Shown here in pieces: positions 41,898-50,925 of a stretch of DNA of 64,000 nucleotides; within the stretch, counting starts at the first letter, position 1; each line of letters starts with the position of its first letter. The translations under genes were made by a program, and so were the position numbers. The stretch spans positions 672,001-736,000 of the forward strand of contig CAVPJU010000006.1 of NCBI GenBank assembly GCA_963705505.1. Direction: 5' to 3'. The notes under the pieces are model-generated. The model searched no databases, was not told where the DNA came from, and was given only the letters and a program-made list of their open reading frames with translations. The DNA is from an uncultured bacterium. GTDB taxonomy: Bacteria; Desulfobacterota_D; UBA1144; Nemesobacterales; UBA2774.

Positions 41898-43676
41898 ATG
41901 ACAAGCACAAATGAAATGAAATCCCCTCCTAAAGCCCGCCTCGCGGTCAGGGTCGGCGTTACGGGACACCGTCCCTCGGGACTTGATAAGGCCGATATGA
42001 AGGTACTCAGGACGCAGGCAGCGGAAGTTCTTAAACATATCAAGAGTGTTGCTAACGCAGTGAAGTTTTCCTTGTATTCCGACGGAGCGCCGCCTGTGCT
42101 GAGGATAGTGTCGCCACTTGCGGAGGGCGCCGATACGCTTGTTGCGGAAGAGGCCTTGAAAGAAGGGTATGAGCTCCAGTGCGCGCTCCCCTTCGACCGA
42201 TACGAGTATGAAAAGGATTTTTGGGACAGTGATTCCGTCAGAAGGTACCGGACTATGCTGGGGGAAGCTACCTCCATACTCGAGCTCGACGGTTCACGGG
42301 CGACTGAGGACCTCGAGAAGGAATCATATCAAACGGTCGGCCGGATGGTGCTCATGCAGAGCGACGTTCTTATTGCGATATGGGACGGCGAGGACGCAAA
42401 AGGGAAGGGGGGGACCGGGCAGATCGTGAATGAGTCGCACATACACGAAATCCCCGTCGTCTGGATAAATTCTAATGCCCCGCACGAGGTCAAGGTGCTG
42501 ATGGGGGAGGAATACGGGAGGCAAATTGAAGTGCGCCTCCCGGACCTCGAGATCCGCTTGAAGAGGGTCCTTCAGCCTCCCGCCGCGAAAAAGCCCGACC
42601 TCAGCAGGACCTACTTTTCCGAAAGGCAGCCATCGTGGACGTGGGGATTTATATTCGAGACATTCTGCGATATTTTCTCGGGCGAAAGGATAGAGACCAG
42701 AGGCGTCAAGGTCAGGAATTTCGTGGAAGAAACCGAAGAAGAATGGCGGAGAGTCTGGGATTCATGCCCGGATTTTCCGCAATCGGTCAAGGACCAGATC
42801 AACGATAAATTCCTCGGGCATTACAGCTGGGCGGACAAGCTCGCCAATTATTATTCAAACATTTACAGGAGCTCATTCGTGGCTAATTACCTGATGGCCG
42901 GTCTGGCGGTATTCTTCGCCCTCCTCACTCCGACCGTACGGAGTCTGGAGACACTCTGGATAATCTGCGAGCTCGCTCTGATCATACTCATAATACTGAT
43001 AACAGGCATCGGCAACCTGAAGCGCTGGCACGAGAGGTGGATAGACTACAGGCTCCTCTCGGAGCAGCTCAGGCAGCTCAGGTTTCTTACACCGCTCGGC
43101 CTCACGACGCCGGCATTCAGGGTGCCTGCCCACGATACTTACGGCGATCCCAGGAGCACGTGGGTGAACTGGCATTTCCGGGCGATTGTCCGGGAAGCGG
43201 GCATGGTCGGAGCGAAGATCGACGGGGAGTACCTGAAATCCTACAGGGATTTCTTATCGCAGCAGGAGATTACTGCGCAGATTAAATACCATGAATACAA
43301 CGCCCCCCGCTTTCATACGATCCATAACGTACTGCATATAATAGGCACCGGTCTATTCGTACTTACGCTCATTGCGAGTTTGGCTCATTTATATGTGCAC
43401 AACGACTGGCTGACTCTCTTTACGGCTGTCTTCCCCGCATTGGGCGCAGCGTTTTACGGTATCCGGACACAGGGGGAATTCGAGCAGATAGCAAAGAAAT
43501 CCGAAGCGATGGGCGCTCAGCTGGACAATCTCAGGGACGAGCTGCTTAAAACGGATTTCGTCCCGTCATACGGCGTGCTGGGCAACATTGCGGAAAGTAC
43601 CGCGGAGATCATGTCGTCGGAGACTCTCGACTGGAGAATAGTATTTCAATCCAAGCGGTTAGTGTTGCCTGGGTAG
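41898..43676 (+). CDS. SLOG (SMF/DprA-LOG superfamily) domain fused to tandem SLATT/DUF4231-like 4-TM region
   Basis: VGVTGHRP, VSPLAEGADTLVA, CALPF, SDVLIAIWDG, GGTGQIV; YSWADKLA..Y, 2 TM, RWIDYRLLSEQLR, QIKYH, 2 TM, ETLDWR. Confidence 0.8.
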   Translation: MTSTNEMKSPPKARLAVRVGVTGHRPSGLDKADMKVLRTQAAEVLKHIKSVANAVKFSLYSDGAPPVLRIVSPLAEGADTLVAEEALKEGYELQCALPFDRYEYEKDFWDSDSVRRYRTMLGEATSILELDGSRATEDLEKESYQTVGRMVLMQSDVLIAIWDGEDAKGKGGTGQIVNESHIHEIPVVWINSNAPHEVKVLMGEEYGRQIEVRLPDLEIRLKRVLQPPAAKKPDLSRTYFSERQPSWTWGFIFETFCDIFSGERIETRGVKVRNFVEETEEEWRRVWDSCPDFPQSVKDQINDKFLGHYSWADKLANYYSNIYRSSFVANYLMAGLAVFFALLTPTVRSLETLWIICELALIILIILITGIGNLKRWHERWIDYRLLSEQLRQLRFLTPLGLTTPAFRVPAHDTYGDPRSTWVNWHFRAIVREAGMVGAKIDGEYLKSYRDFLSQQEITAQIKYHEYNAPRFHTIHNVLHIIGTGLFVLTLIASLAHLYVHNDWLTLFTAVFPALGAAFYGIRTQGEFEQIAKKSEAMGAQLDNLRDELLKTDFVPSYGVLGNIAESTAEIMSSETLDWRIVFQSKRLVLPG

Positions 43677-43730
43677 TCAATCACAGCTATAATCCTTCAG
43701 TATTTCCTCGGGAGGAGAGGGGGAAAACGC

Positions 43731-45074
43731 ATGGCTCACGATGTTTTTATCAGTCACTCTGCGAAAGATAAACCGATAGCCGACGCCGTATGCGCTACTC
43801 TTGAAAAAGGAGGCGTCAGATGCTGGATCGCCCCGAGGGATATCGTTCCCGGTACCCAGTGGGGGGAGGCGATCATTGATGCGATCAGCTCGTGCCGGGT
43901 TATGGTGCTCGTGTTTTCAGCCAACGCCAATGAATCCCAGCAAATTATACGGGAAGTCGAGCGCGCGGTCAGTAAGGGGGTACCGGTTATCCCTTTCAGG
44001 GTGGAGGACGTCGACCCCAATAAGTCCCTCGAATATTTTATAAGCGCTCCTCACTGGTTAGACGCTCTGACACCGCCTCTCGAGAAACACCTGGAACAGC
44101 TACTATCTACTATAAAGCTTCTGCTGACGAGAAAAGGAGCGCGCGCCGAGCCGACGCCCGATAAGGATACCCCCGGGTTAGAGACAATAAGGCCGCTCGA
44201 TACAAAGGGATATGTGCCGAAAAAGTCCTTTCTGGATAGTCTGGATGCAAAGAAAGTCGGGGGCGGCATAGTCGCTCTAATTATCATAGTCGCAGCCGTG
44301 TATTTCCTTTCCGGGGGCGGCAAGGATAATAATACAAATAACGATTCAAATAAGAATTCAAATAATAATAGCTCTCAAAATGTAGTACCGCCTGCACCTA
44401 CCAACTATAATCCTCCCGTTTATAAGACGTCTCCTCCGGGACCCCACGACAACGAGGGGACATGGGGAGCGATCTCCATCGCCCCTAGCGGCGGATGGGG
44501 TTTTTCTACTAATATGACCTCGAAACAGGCGGCCGAGCAGGACGCTATCGAAAGATGCAGTCAGTTCAACACGGGTTGCGAGGTGAGGGTCGCATTCAAC
44601 TCCTGCGCTGTCTATGCAACAGCGCCAGACGGGTCATACGGCTGGGCAACCAATACGACCGTTGACCTGGCGAGGAATAACGCGGTCACTGAATGTCATA
44701 AATACACGAGTGAAACATGCAGCTCGTTCATTGAGTTATGCTCGGACGGAAGCGTGAAGACAGTGAACGTATGGGCGGCCATAGCCACAGCCGATAACGG
44801 GCAATACGGAGTTTCATGGAACTATCCTACGCGTAGTCAGGCGGAGAAAGCGTCTATTGATGAGTGCACAAAATACGGGCCCAACTGTCAGATGAGGATT
44901 TCCTTCACCGACTGCGGCGCGGTAGCGCGGAGTGAGGACGGTGCTCTCGGTTGGGGGTACTATTCCGATATGAATGAAGCGGTAAAGGCGGCAATTGAGG
45001 AGTGTGACGGCCGAAGTGAGAAAAAATGCAGCATCCTTACTCAGCTGTGCGCCGACGGAAGCCAGAAGAAATAA
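43731..45074 (+). CDS. TIR domain - single TM - two DUF4189-like Cys-rich repeats
   Basis: DVFISHS.KD, CWIAPRDIVPG, IREVERA (E75); TM aa 176-194; N/P-rich linker; repeats start WGAIS (aa 245) and WAAIA (aa 348), 6 Cys each. Confidence 0.85.
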   Translation: MAHDVFISHSAKDKPIADAVCATLEKGGVRCWIAPRDIVPGTQWGEAIIDAISSCRVMVLVFSANANESQQIIREVERAVSKGVPVIPFRVEDVDPNKSLEYFISAPHWLDALTPPLEKHLEQLLSTIKLLLTRKGARAEPTPDKDTPGLETIRPLDTKGYVPKKSFLDSLDAKKVGGGIVALIIIVAAVYFLSGGGKDNNTNNDSNKNSNNNSSQNVVPPAPTNYNPPVYKTSPPGPHDNEGTWGAISIAPSGGWGFSTNMTSKQAAEQDAIERCSQFNTGCEVRVAFNSCAVYATAPDGSYGWATNTTVDLARNNAVTECHKYTSETCSSFIELCSDGSVKTVNVWAAIATADNGQYGVSWNYPTRSQAEKASIDECTKYGPNCQMRISFTDCGAVARSEDGALGWGYYSDMNEAVKAAIEECDGRSEKKCSILTQLCADGSQKK

Positions 45075-45094
45075 CACCCAGCCGGGAAAACTTC

Positions 45095-45967
45095 TCAATT
45101 GCCCGATTCTTTAAAGGACTCTTCTTCCATGACGACTTCGGGTGAGCTGCGGCCGTTCTCAAACCCCTCGTACCTGACCCATCTGTGCGGGGGCGCAACT
45201 CTAAACCAGAAATATGTCTTCGGAAAAAAGACTTTAAATATATTGAGCACGCCTAATTTGGGCACGAGCTCAACTTTGTAGCACTCTATTTCGCCGTCAG
45301 GCGTATTGATTTTCTCGATTCCCCTCTGTTTGAGCTCGATATTGTAAAGATCGGGCTCGTTTGTAAGGAATTGAGCTTTGACAGTATCATCCGTACCGAA
45401 CGGGAGCGAGCGGAGGGCCAGAACGATCCCCTCAACGAACAAAACGTTCCGGTCTGTCTCGTATGTCTTGTTCGCCGACCTGCCGCTTTCAAAATCCTGT
45501 CTTACGAATGACACTGTTCCGGTAGAGTCATCTACGGTTTTCCTTTCCGTCATAACTACTTTGCCCCGCATATCTTTAACCTCGGTTGAGGATTCAACTG
45601 GTGTGAATGCGGATCCGGCCTTCCACACCGATACGGTCTCCCATCTCATATCCCTCGTAAATGGGTTAGTAATTCCCTGCCCTTTCAGTGTGAGTCTTAC
45701 CGTGGTTTCTCCGTTGTCTGTGAATTTTTCGGTCGTCCAGTCCGCTTTCCATCTGGTCCCGCCCCCCTTGTAAGTGGTGACCATGGAGCCTTCCTCTCTT
45801 TTGCCAATAGGAGGTGTGCTAATCGGGTGTGCCGGCAGCGGGGTTACCAGGACTGTTAAAAGAAAGAAGGGAAATAATAGAAATGCATTTTTATGGGATA
45901 TACCGTAATTAGTCCTGCACCAGCTTCCGGCAAGTGAAGCTATTCTCCAAAATGTTTGCTTATACAT
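45095..45967 (-). CDS. Exported protein, DUF3108-like (start uncertain)
   Basis: Hydrophobic signal; LRSLPF, EKINTPDGEIECYKVEL, YFWF. Confidence 0.65.
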   Translation of the reverse strand: MYKQTFWRIASLAGSWCRTNYGISHKNAFLLFPFFLLTVLVTPLPAHPISTPPIGKREEGSMVTTYKGGGTRWKADWTTEKFTDNGETTVRLTLKGQGITNPFTRDMRWETVSVWKAGSAFTPVESSTEVKDMRGKVVMTERKTVDDSTGTVSFVRQDFESGRSANKTYETDRNVLFVEGIVLALRSLPFGTDDTVKAQFLTNEPDLYNIELKQRGIEKINTPDGEIECYKVELVPKLGVLNIFKVFFPKTYFWFRVAPPHRWVRYEGFENGRSSPEVVMEEESFKESGN

Positions 45968-46126
45968 CTATACGAGTTCTCGTAATCTCAGTTGTGTTGT
46001 TACTCAGTCAAAAATAGTACCATGTAAATTAATAATATGGTCGATTAACCGTGAAAAGTTCTTCGGGCAGTAATTCTTCAAGTCTCGATTATAATGAACT
46101 ATTCATTTGAAGATGGATCCGATCCG

Positions 46127-46294
46127 TTAAAGATCCGCAGCATTGAAAGTATTGCAGGAGTTGATGCCGCCCTTGTCGAGACCCCTTTTAAACCACCTTG
46201 CCCTCCGCTCCGAGCTGCCGTGAGTGAATGAGTCCGGGGTTACGTAGCCCCGTGATTCCATTTGAAGACGGTCGTCTCCTACGCTGCTTGCGCC
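46127..46294 (-). pseudogene. ypfJ: C-terminal remnant of a YpfJ-family neutral zinc metallopeptidase
   Basis: Manual translation: [55 protein letters not shown]; upstream in-frame TGA at 46316-46318 and no start codon before the homologous segment. Confidence 0.8.
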
Positions 46295-46344
46295 AGTATC
46301 TACACGTATGTATTTTCAGAAAGAACGTGTAATATTTATGCCAA

Positions 46345-47013
46345 ATGGACAAGAATGCTCTTTTCTCCTGGAGCGGCGGCAAGGACAGCGCGCTCGCTCT
46401 CTATGAAATTCTGAGAGGCCGTGAGTATGAAGTTAGAGCGCTCTTCACGACGGTTACGGGGGACTATGACAGGGTCAGTATGCACGGCTTGAGGCGTGCT
46501 CTCCTCGAAGATCAAACGGACTCGCTCGGGCTTCCTCTCGAGAAGGTAATAATATCCCGAAATGCATCGAACGAGGATTACGAGTCCGCTCTCGAGAAGC
46601 TGCTTCTGGCGTATAAAGAGTCCGGTGTGAGTTCCGTGATATACGGCGACATATTCCTTGAGGAGATAAGGAAGTACCGCGAGGATCATTTGGGTAAAAT
46701 AGGGCTCAGGTGCGTGTTTCCTATCTGGAGTATAGATTCAGTCCATCTTGCCCGGACGTTCATCGAAGCGGGTTTTAAAGCCGTTACTGTTTGCGTCGAT
46801 TCAAAGGTTCTCGACGGGAGCTTCGCCGGAAGGGAATACGACCAAGATTTCTTATCCGACTTGCCGCTGGGGATAGACCCCTGCGGGGAAAACGGCGAGT
46901 TCCATACTTTCGTATATGACGGACCGATATTCAGGAAAAGGATTGAATTTGACAGGGGAGAGGTTGTGCTGAGGGATAACCGTTTTTATTTCTGCGATCT
47001 CGTGCCGCGCTGA
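46345..47013 (+). CDS. Diphthine-ammonia ligase-like PP-loop ATP-binding protein
   Basis: SWSGGKDS, RVSMHG, YGDIFL, DPCGENGEFHTFVYDGPIF. Confidence 0.9.
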   Translation: MDKNALFSWSGGKDSALALYEILRGREYEVRALFTTVTGDYDRVSMHGLRRALLEDQTDSLGLPLEKVIISRNASNEDYESALEKLLLAYKESGVSSVIYGDIFLEEIRKYREDHLGKIGLRCVFPIWSIDSVHLARTFIEAGFKAVTVCVDSKVLDGSFAGREYDQDFLSDLPLGIDPCGENGEFHTFVYDGPIFRKRIEFDRGEVVLRDNRFYFCDLVPR

Positions 47014-47171
47014 ACTGTGAATTGCTGCGGAGCTTAGTCTTTACCAGTTAATGTACAAGCCGTGTTTCGTTTAATGGGATTCTATTTTCAAGCCCCTGCT
47101 TATGACCCTTCAAATTTGTCCGCCCTTAATTGGAAAAGGCCCGAGCAGTTTGTTTCTTCCATGAAGAACCT

Positions 47172-47396
47172 TCAGACCTCGATGATAATTTTATGGGAAT
47201 GACTTTTCAATTTCTTCAGGAATTTCTCGTTGAGCATTGATTCCGGCATGTTTCTCAGGATGATAGTGGAATTAAACATCTTCGCGGTTTCCAAAACGTC
47301 TTCCATATGCTCCTCGTATTCCTTTACATCTATCGAGACATTGAAGCCTATGTGCATGAGCTCGATAGCACTGAGAGAACTTGAATTTTTCGGCAT
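47172..47396 (-). CDS. Small hypothetical protein
   Basis: GGAGGG RBS before ATG; 74 aa with alternating alpha/beta pattern. Confidence 0.55.
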   Translation of the reverse strand: MPKNSSSLSAIELMHIGFNVSIDVKEYEEHMEDVLETAKMFNSTIILRNMPESMLNEKFLKKLKSHSHKIIIEV

Positions 47397-47493
47397 CTTG
47401 ACCCCTCCGTTTTTTTGTAATAATGATGAATTAGTTTTTCAAAAAGGAAAGACCGTATTTGATTCGGCATTAAAATAGAGGGAAGGAGCGGAT

Positions 47494-48159
47494 ATGAAGA
47501 GAATCACGGAGCGCGAGCTGATGGTTGACCCCGAGCAGGTTCTTGCATACGGAAGGGCCGATTTTGAGGATCCTCATTCCAATTTCATAAAGCTCCTTAA
47601 AACATATTTTCCCGCTCCGGGCACTATTAATACCGCTCTCGACATGGGGTGCGGCACGGGAGACATTACATTCAGGCTCGGAAGGGCTTTCCCCCGGACA
47701 AAGATAGACGCAATTGACGGTTCGTCCGCTATGCTGGATTTCGCTTCCGGGATGCTCGAAAGAGAGCCTGAGATTAAGGGGAGAGTCAGTTTTATACACG
47801 TATCGGTCCAGGAATTCCTGCCGGACAAATATTATGATCTTATAATCAGCAACAGCCTCCTTCACCATATGCCGGACCCGTCAGACTTTTGGGATGCCGC
47901 AAAGAGATTCTCATCTCCAGGGACCCGTGTTTTTGTAATGGACCTCATAAGGCCCGGGACGGCGGATGAAGCAATGAAGCTCGTCGAGCGCTATTCGCCG
48001 AATGAGCCCGAAATTCTGAAACGGGATTTTTATAATTCCCTTCTCGCGGCCTTCGAGATAGATGAGGTGAAACTGCAGCTGGAAACAGCTGGTCTCGGAT
48101 ATTTCAAAACCGGGCGGGCGAGTGACAGGCACGTGATAGTTTACGGGATTCGCGAGTAA
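47494..48159 (+). CDS. Class I SAM-dependent methyltransferase
   Basis: LDMGCGTG, IDGSSAML, SNSLLHH, MDLIRP, DFYNSLLAAF. Confidence 0.9.
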   Translation: MKRITERELMVDPEQVLAYGRADFEDPHSNFIKLLKTYFPAPGTINTALDMGCGTGDITFRLGRAFPRTKIDAIDGSSAMLDFASGMLEREPEIKGRVSFIHVSVQEFLPDKYYDLIISNSLLHHMPDPSDFWDAAKRFSSPGTRVFVMDLIRPGTADEAMKLVERYSPNEPEILKRDFYNSLLAAFEIDEVKLQLETAGLGYFKTGRASDRHVIVYGIRE

Positions 48160-48177
48160 AACCCGCCGCTATCGTAA

Positions 48178-48681
48178 TTATTCTGCCCTCACACGCTGTC
48201 CCGTGAATGTATCGGAAATGACGTTCTCAGGCACCGAATCCGGGTCGAGCGGGTTGACATCAGGGGCATAGAAACTGACCGTGAATCCCCCTTCTATTCC
48301 GCTGCAGCTATTATCGGTGAACGTGACATCTGCATTTACTTTCGCGATATCGGCGAGACCGCCATCGGGATCGAATGAAAAATCGAGTGAGGTTGCCGAA
48401 GCCCGGAGCTTCCCGGTCTTCCTCCATGCGCCCTGCTCGTCGGTGAAGTCAAGAGCGGCCTGCGCGGAGCTGGTTACGAAAAATACACCTCCGGTACCGA
48501 AAGTCCAGAGGCTTTTGGTACCGTTCCCTTCGTCGACAAGAAAAGTGCCGACGAAACACTTGGGAAAATTTTCTGAGCCTGCGTAGACATCCGGGGCATG
48601 TCCCAATACCGAAACTAAGGCGGCGGCAATGACGAAGAATGTCTGTCTTTTTAGACCTGCTAATGATTTCATGATACTCAT
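48178..48681 (-). CDS. Exported hypothetical protein (beta-rich)
   Basis: AGGAGG RBS, signal peptide ending VYA, QGAW motif, ends FTGQRV. Confidence 0.65.
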   Translation of the reverse strand: MSIMKSLAGLKRQTFFVIAAALVSVLGHAPDVYAGSENFPKCFVGTFLVDEGNGTKSLWTFGTGGVFFVTSSAQAALDFTDEQGAWRKTGKLRASATSLDFSFDPDGGLADIAKVNADVTFTDNSCSGIEGGFTVSFYAPDVNPLDPDSVPENVISDTFTGQRVRAE

Positions 48682-48885
48682 ATTCTTCCTCCTTGGGTGA
48701 TTTGGCCCCTGTTACTACATCAGTTCCCCTTTTTCACTCATATGTCCGGTTAAATTTACACCCATATTCCACCCGATGAGAAAATTAATCGATAAAATCC
48801 CTCTCCGTTGAAAAAAGCCCATGCTCGTCTACTATATTCTCGGGGATCGGGGTCGTTTCAAAGACACTGCGCAGGAGGCGATAAA

Positions 48886-49371
48886 TTGGGAAAAGAATCG
48901 ATCAAGGAATCGGTGGAAGTATCGAATTCCGAGCTTGTCTTCCCGACACATACGAACCACTACGGCACGATTTTCGGGGGAAGGGTGCTTGAGCTGATGG
49001 ACATGGCAGGCGCCATGGCCGCAATGCGTTTTGCCAACGAGGACACCGTTACCGCGTCTATCGAAGCAGTCGATTTCAAAAAGCCCGTGAAAGTCGGGGA
49101 CATCATGGAAGTCAAGGCGAAGGTTATATACACCGCCCATACCTCGATGGTCGTAAAGGTGGACGTTTATAAGGTCGGCAAATTCAGTCCGGGTATGGAA
49201 TTTACCTGCAGGGGTTATCTCGTTTTCGTCGCGGTGGATGCGGACGGCAGGCCGATACCCGTACCCGCTCTCAAGGTCGTAACTGAAGAGGACGAACGAT
49301 ACCGGAAGATCGGAGAAAGGGTGAAAAACAGGTCCAGAGAGAGACAAGCAAACGGAGATGATTTAGCTTGA
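48886..49371 (+). CDS. Acyl-CoA thioesterase (hotdog fold, YciA-like)
   Basis: VFPTHTNHYGTIFGG..LELMD, VDFKKPVKVG, FVAVD; TTG start after GGAGG. Confidence 0.9.
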   Translation: MGKESIKESVEVSNSELVFPTHTNHYGTIFGGRVLELMDMAGAMAAMRFANEDTVTASIEAVDFKKPVKVGDIMEVKAKVIYTAHTSMVVKVDVYKVGKFSPGMEFTCRGYLVFVAVDADGRPIPVPALKVVTEEDERYRKIGERVKNRSRERQANGDDLA

Positions 49372-49436
49372 TATCGTTTGTCGGGGCTCACGTCGCCCGC
49401 GTGATTGATGCTCTCGCATTACTCGTTTACCGCAGT

Positions 49437-49703
49437 CTACTCGGGCATCTGTGATTCCATCCGCTCACAGCTGACTTTCCCCTGCTCGCCCGCTGCCTTT
49501 TCGCAGTCGTATGAATATCCCTGACAAAGGGCATTCCAGGTTTCAGTTCCGTCGGGGTTTGTTTTATGCTCGATTACCTCGATCATCTCAGGCTCACACG
49601 GTATCTGTGTGGCGGACTGCTGCTGTATAGGGTCGATCACGTAAGGATTACCGCATGAAAGAACGGAGAAAAACACTGCCGGTATTATTAAATATCTTTT
49701 CAT
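49437..49703 (-). CDS. Small Cys-containing lipoprotein
   Basis: Lipobox VLSC; four more Cys. Confidence 0.65.
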   Translation of the reverse strand: MKRYLIIPAVFFSVLSCGNPYVIDPIQQQSATQIPCEPEMIEVIEHKTNPDGTETWNALCQGYSYDCEKAAGEQGKVSCERMESQMPE

Positions 49704-49820
49704 CTCTTCACCGCCTTTGTTGTTTTTGTGTGCCTTCAGACCGTAAAGCCTTGCAAGCTCGATTTATCATAATAAGCTAGAGTATAAAAATTTTCAATTT
49801 GGATATAAATATACGTCAAT

Positions 49821-50840
49821 ATGAAAGCAATAGTGCTTAGGAAAAACGGCGGGCCGGATGTTCTCATCTCTGAGGAAGTAAAAGTGCCTCTTCCCGGAAA
49901 GGGAGAAGTCAGTGTTTCGGTCAGTTTTGCGGGTGTTAACTATGCCGAGATACTCTCGAGAAAGGGGATTTACGGCTGGTCGCCGAAAAAACCGTACGTC
50001 CCGGGGATGGAGTGTGCGGGGGTGATAGAGGAAGCGGGGGAGGGGGTTGACCCGTCCCGGATCGGAGAGAAGGTGATGGTCGGATCGAAGTACGGCTGTT
50101 ATGCGGAGAAAATCGTCGTACCCGCGAAAAACGCGATCCCCGCAATAGGCGGGTTCTCTATGGAGGAAAGCGCTTCCTTTCTGGTGAATTATATGACGGC
50201 CTGGGTCTCACTTTTTAAGATGGCTAAGGTGTGTTCAGGGGAAAAATTGCTCGTGACCGCGGCCGGCGGCGGCGTGGGAACCGCAGCCATACAGCTTGCT
50301 TCCCGCGCAGGCTGTGAAGTGTACGGAATGGCCGGGAGCTCCGAAAAGATAGAACTGATTAAATCCCTCGGAGCCGCAGGCGGATTTAATTACAGGGACC
50401 CTGACTGCTTTAAAAACCTGATCGGGGTTACGGGCGGTGTGGATGCGGTGATAGAGATGGTGGGCGGGGATGTCTTCAGACGGGGCTTGGATTCGCTTAA
50501 CCCATTCGGGAGGATGGTAGTCACGGGATTTGCAAGCCTCGACCTCGTTAAGTGGAACCCTCTGTCGTGGCTTAAGACTTGGAAAGATATACCGAGGGTC
50601 GATGTCGGAGTGATGGCTCAAAGGTCTATCGCCGTGATGTCATCTCACCTGGGCTATCTGCTCGACCGGGAACCCGATACGATGGTACGGATTTATGAGG
50701 AGCTAAGGGATTTCGTAATTGAGCATCGAATAAGACCTGTCGTGAGCAGGGTATTTAAATTGGAGGAAGCCGGGTCGGCCCATGAATACGTCGAATCGAG
50801 GAAAAGCTTCGGCAAGGTGCTGCTAAAAGCCGGTCGGTAA
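49821..50840 (+). CDS. MDR-family quinone oxidoreductase (VAT-1-like)
   Basis: AGVNYAE, PYVPGMECAG, NYMTAW, AAGGGVG, FGKVLL. Confidence 0.88.
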   Translation: MKAIVLRKNGGPDVLISEEVKVPLPGKGEVSVSVSFAGVNYAEILSRKGIYGWSPKKPYVPGMECAGVIEEAGEGVDPSRIGEKVMVGSKYGCYAEKIVVPAKNAIPAIGGFSMEESASFLVNYMTAWVSLFKMAKVCSGEKLLVTAAGGGVGTAAIQLASRAGCEVYGMAGSSEKIELIKSLGAAGGFNYRDPDCFKNLIGVTGGVDAVIEMVGGDVFRRGLDSLNPFGRMVVTGFASLDLVKWNPLSWLKTWKDIPRVDVGVMAQRSIAVMSSHLGYLLDREPDTMVRIYEELRDFVIEHRIRPVVSRVFKLEEAGSAHEYVESRKSFGKVLLKAGR

Positions 50841-50925
50841 TCTTTAACGACCGTTGACGAGAGCAGAAAAGGTCAAACCGTATTTGGAATTTGATCAAAG
50901 AGCCCGGAATACGAATAAGACCGAA

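Noticed and set aside
44328..44370. AAT-rich tract as a tandem repeat or contingency locus
   Set aside because: Imperfect; it simply encodes the Asn-rich linker of the TIR protein
40038..45074. Canonical Thoeris, CBASS or Pycsar assignment
   Set aside because: No SIR2 or Macro ThsA and no CD-NTase or cyclase; the TIR is membrane-anchored with an ectodomain
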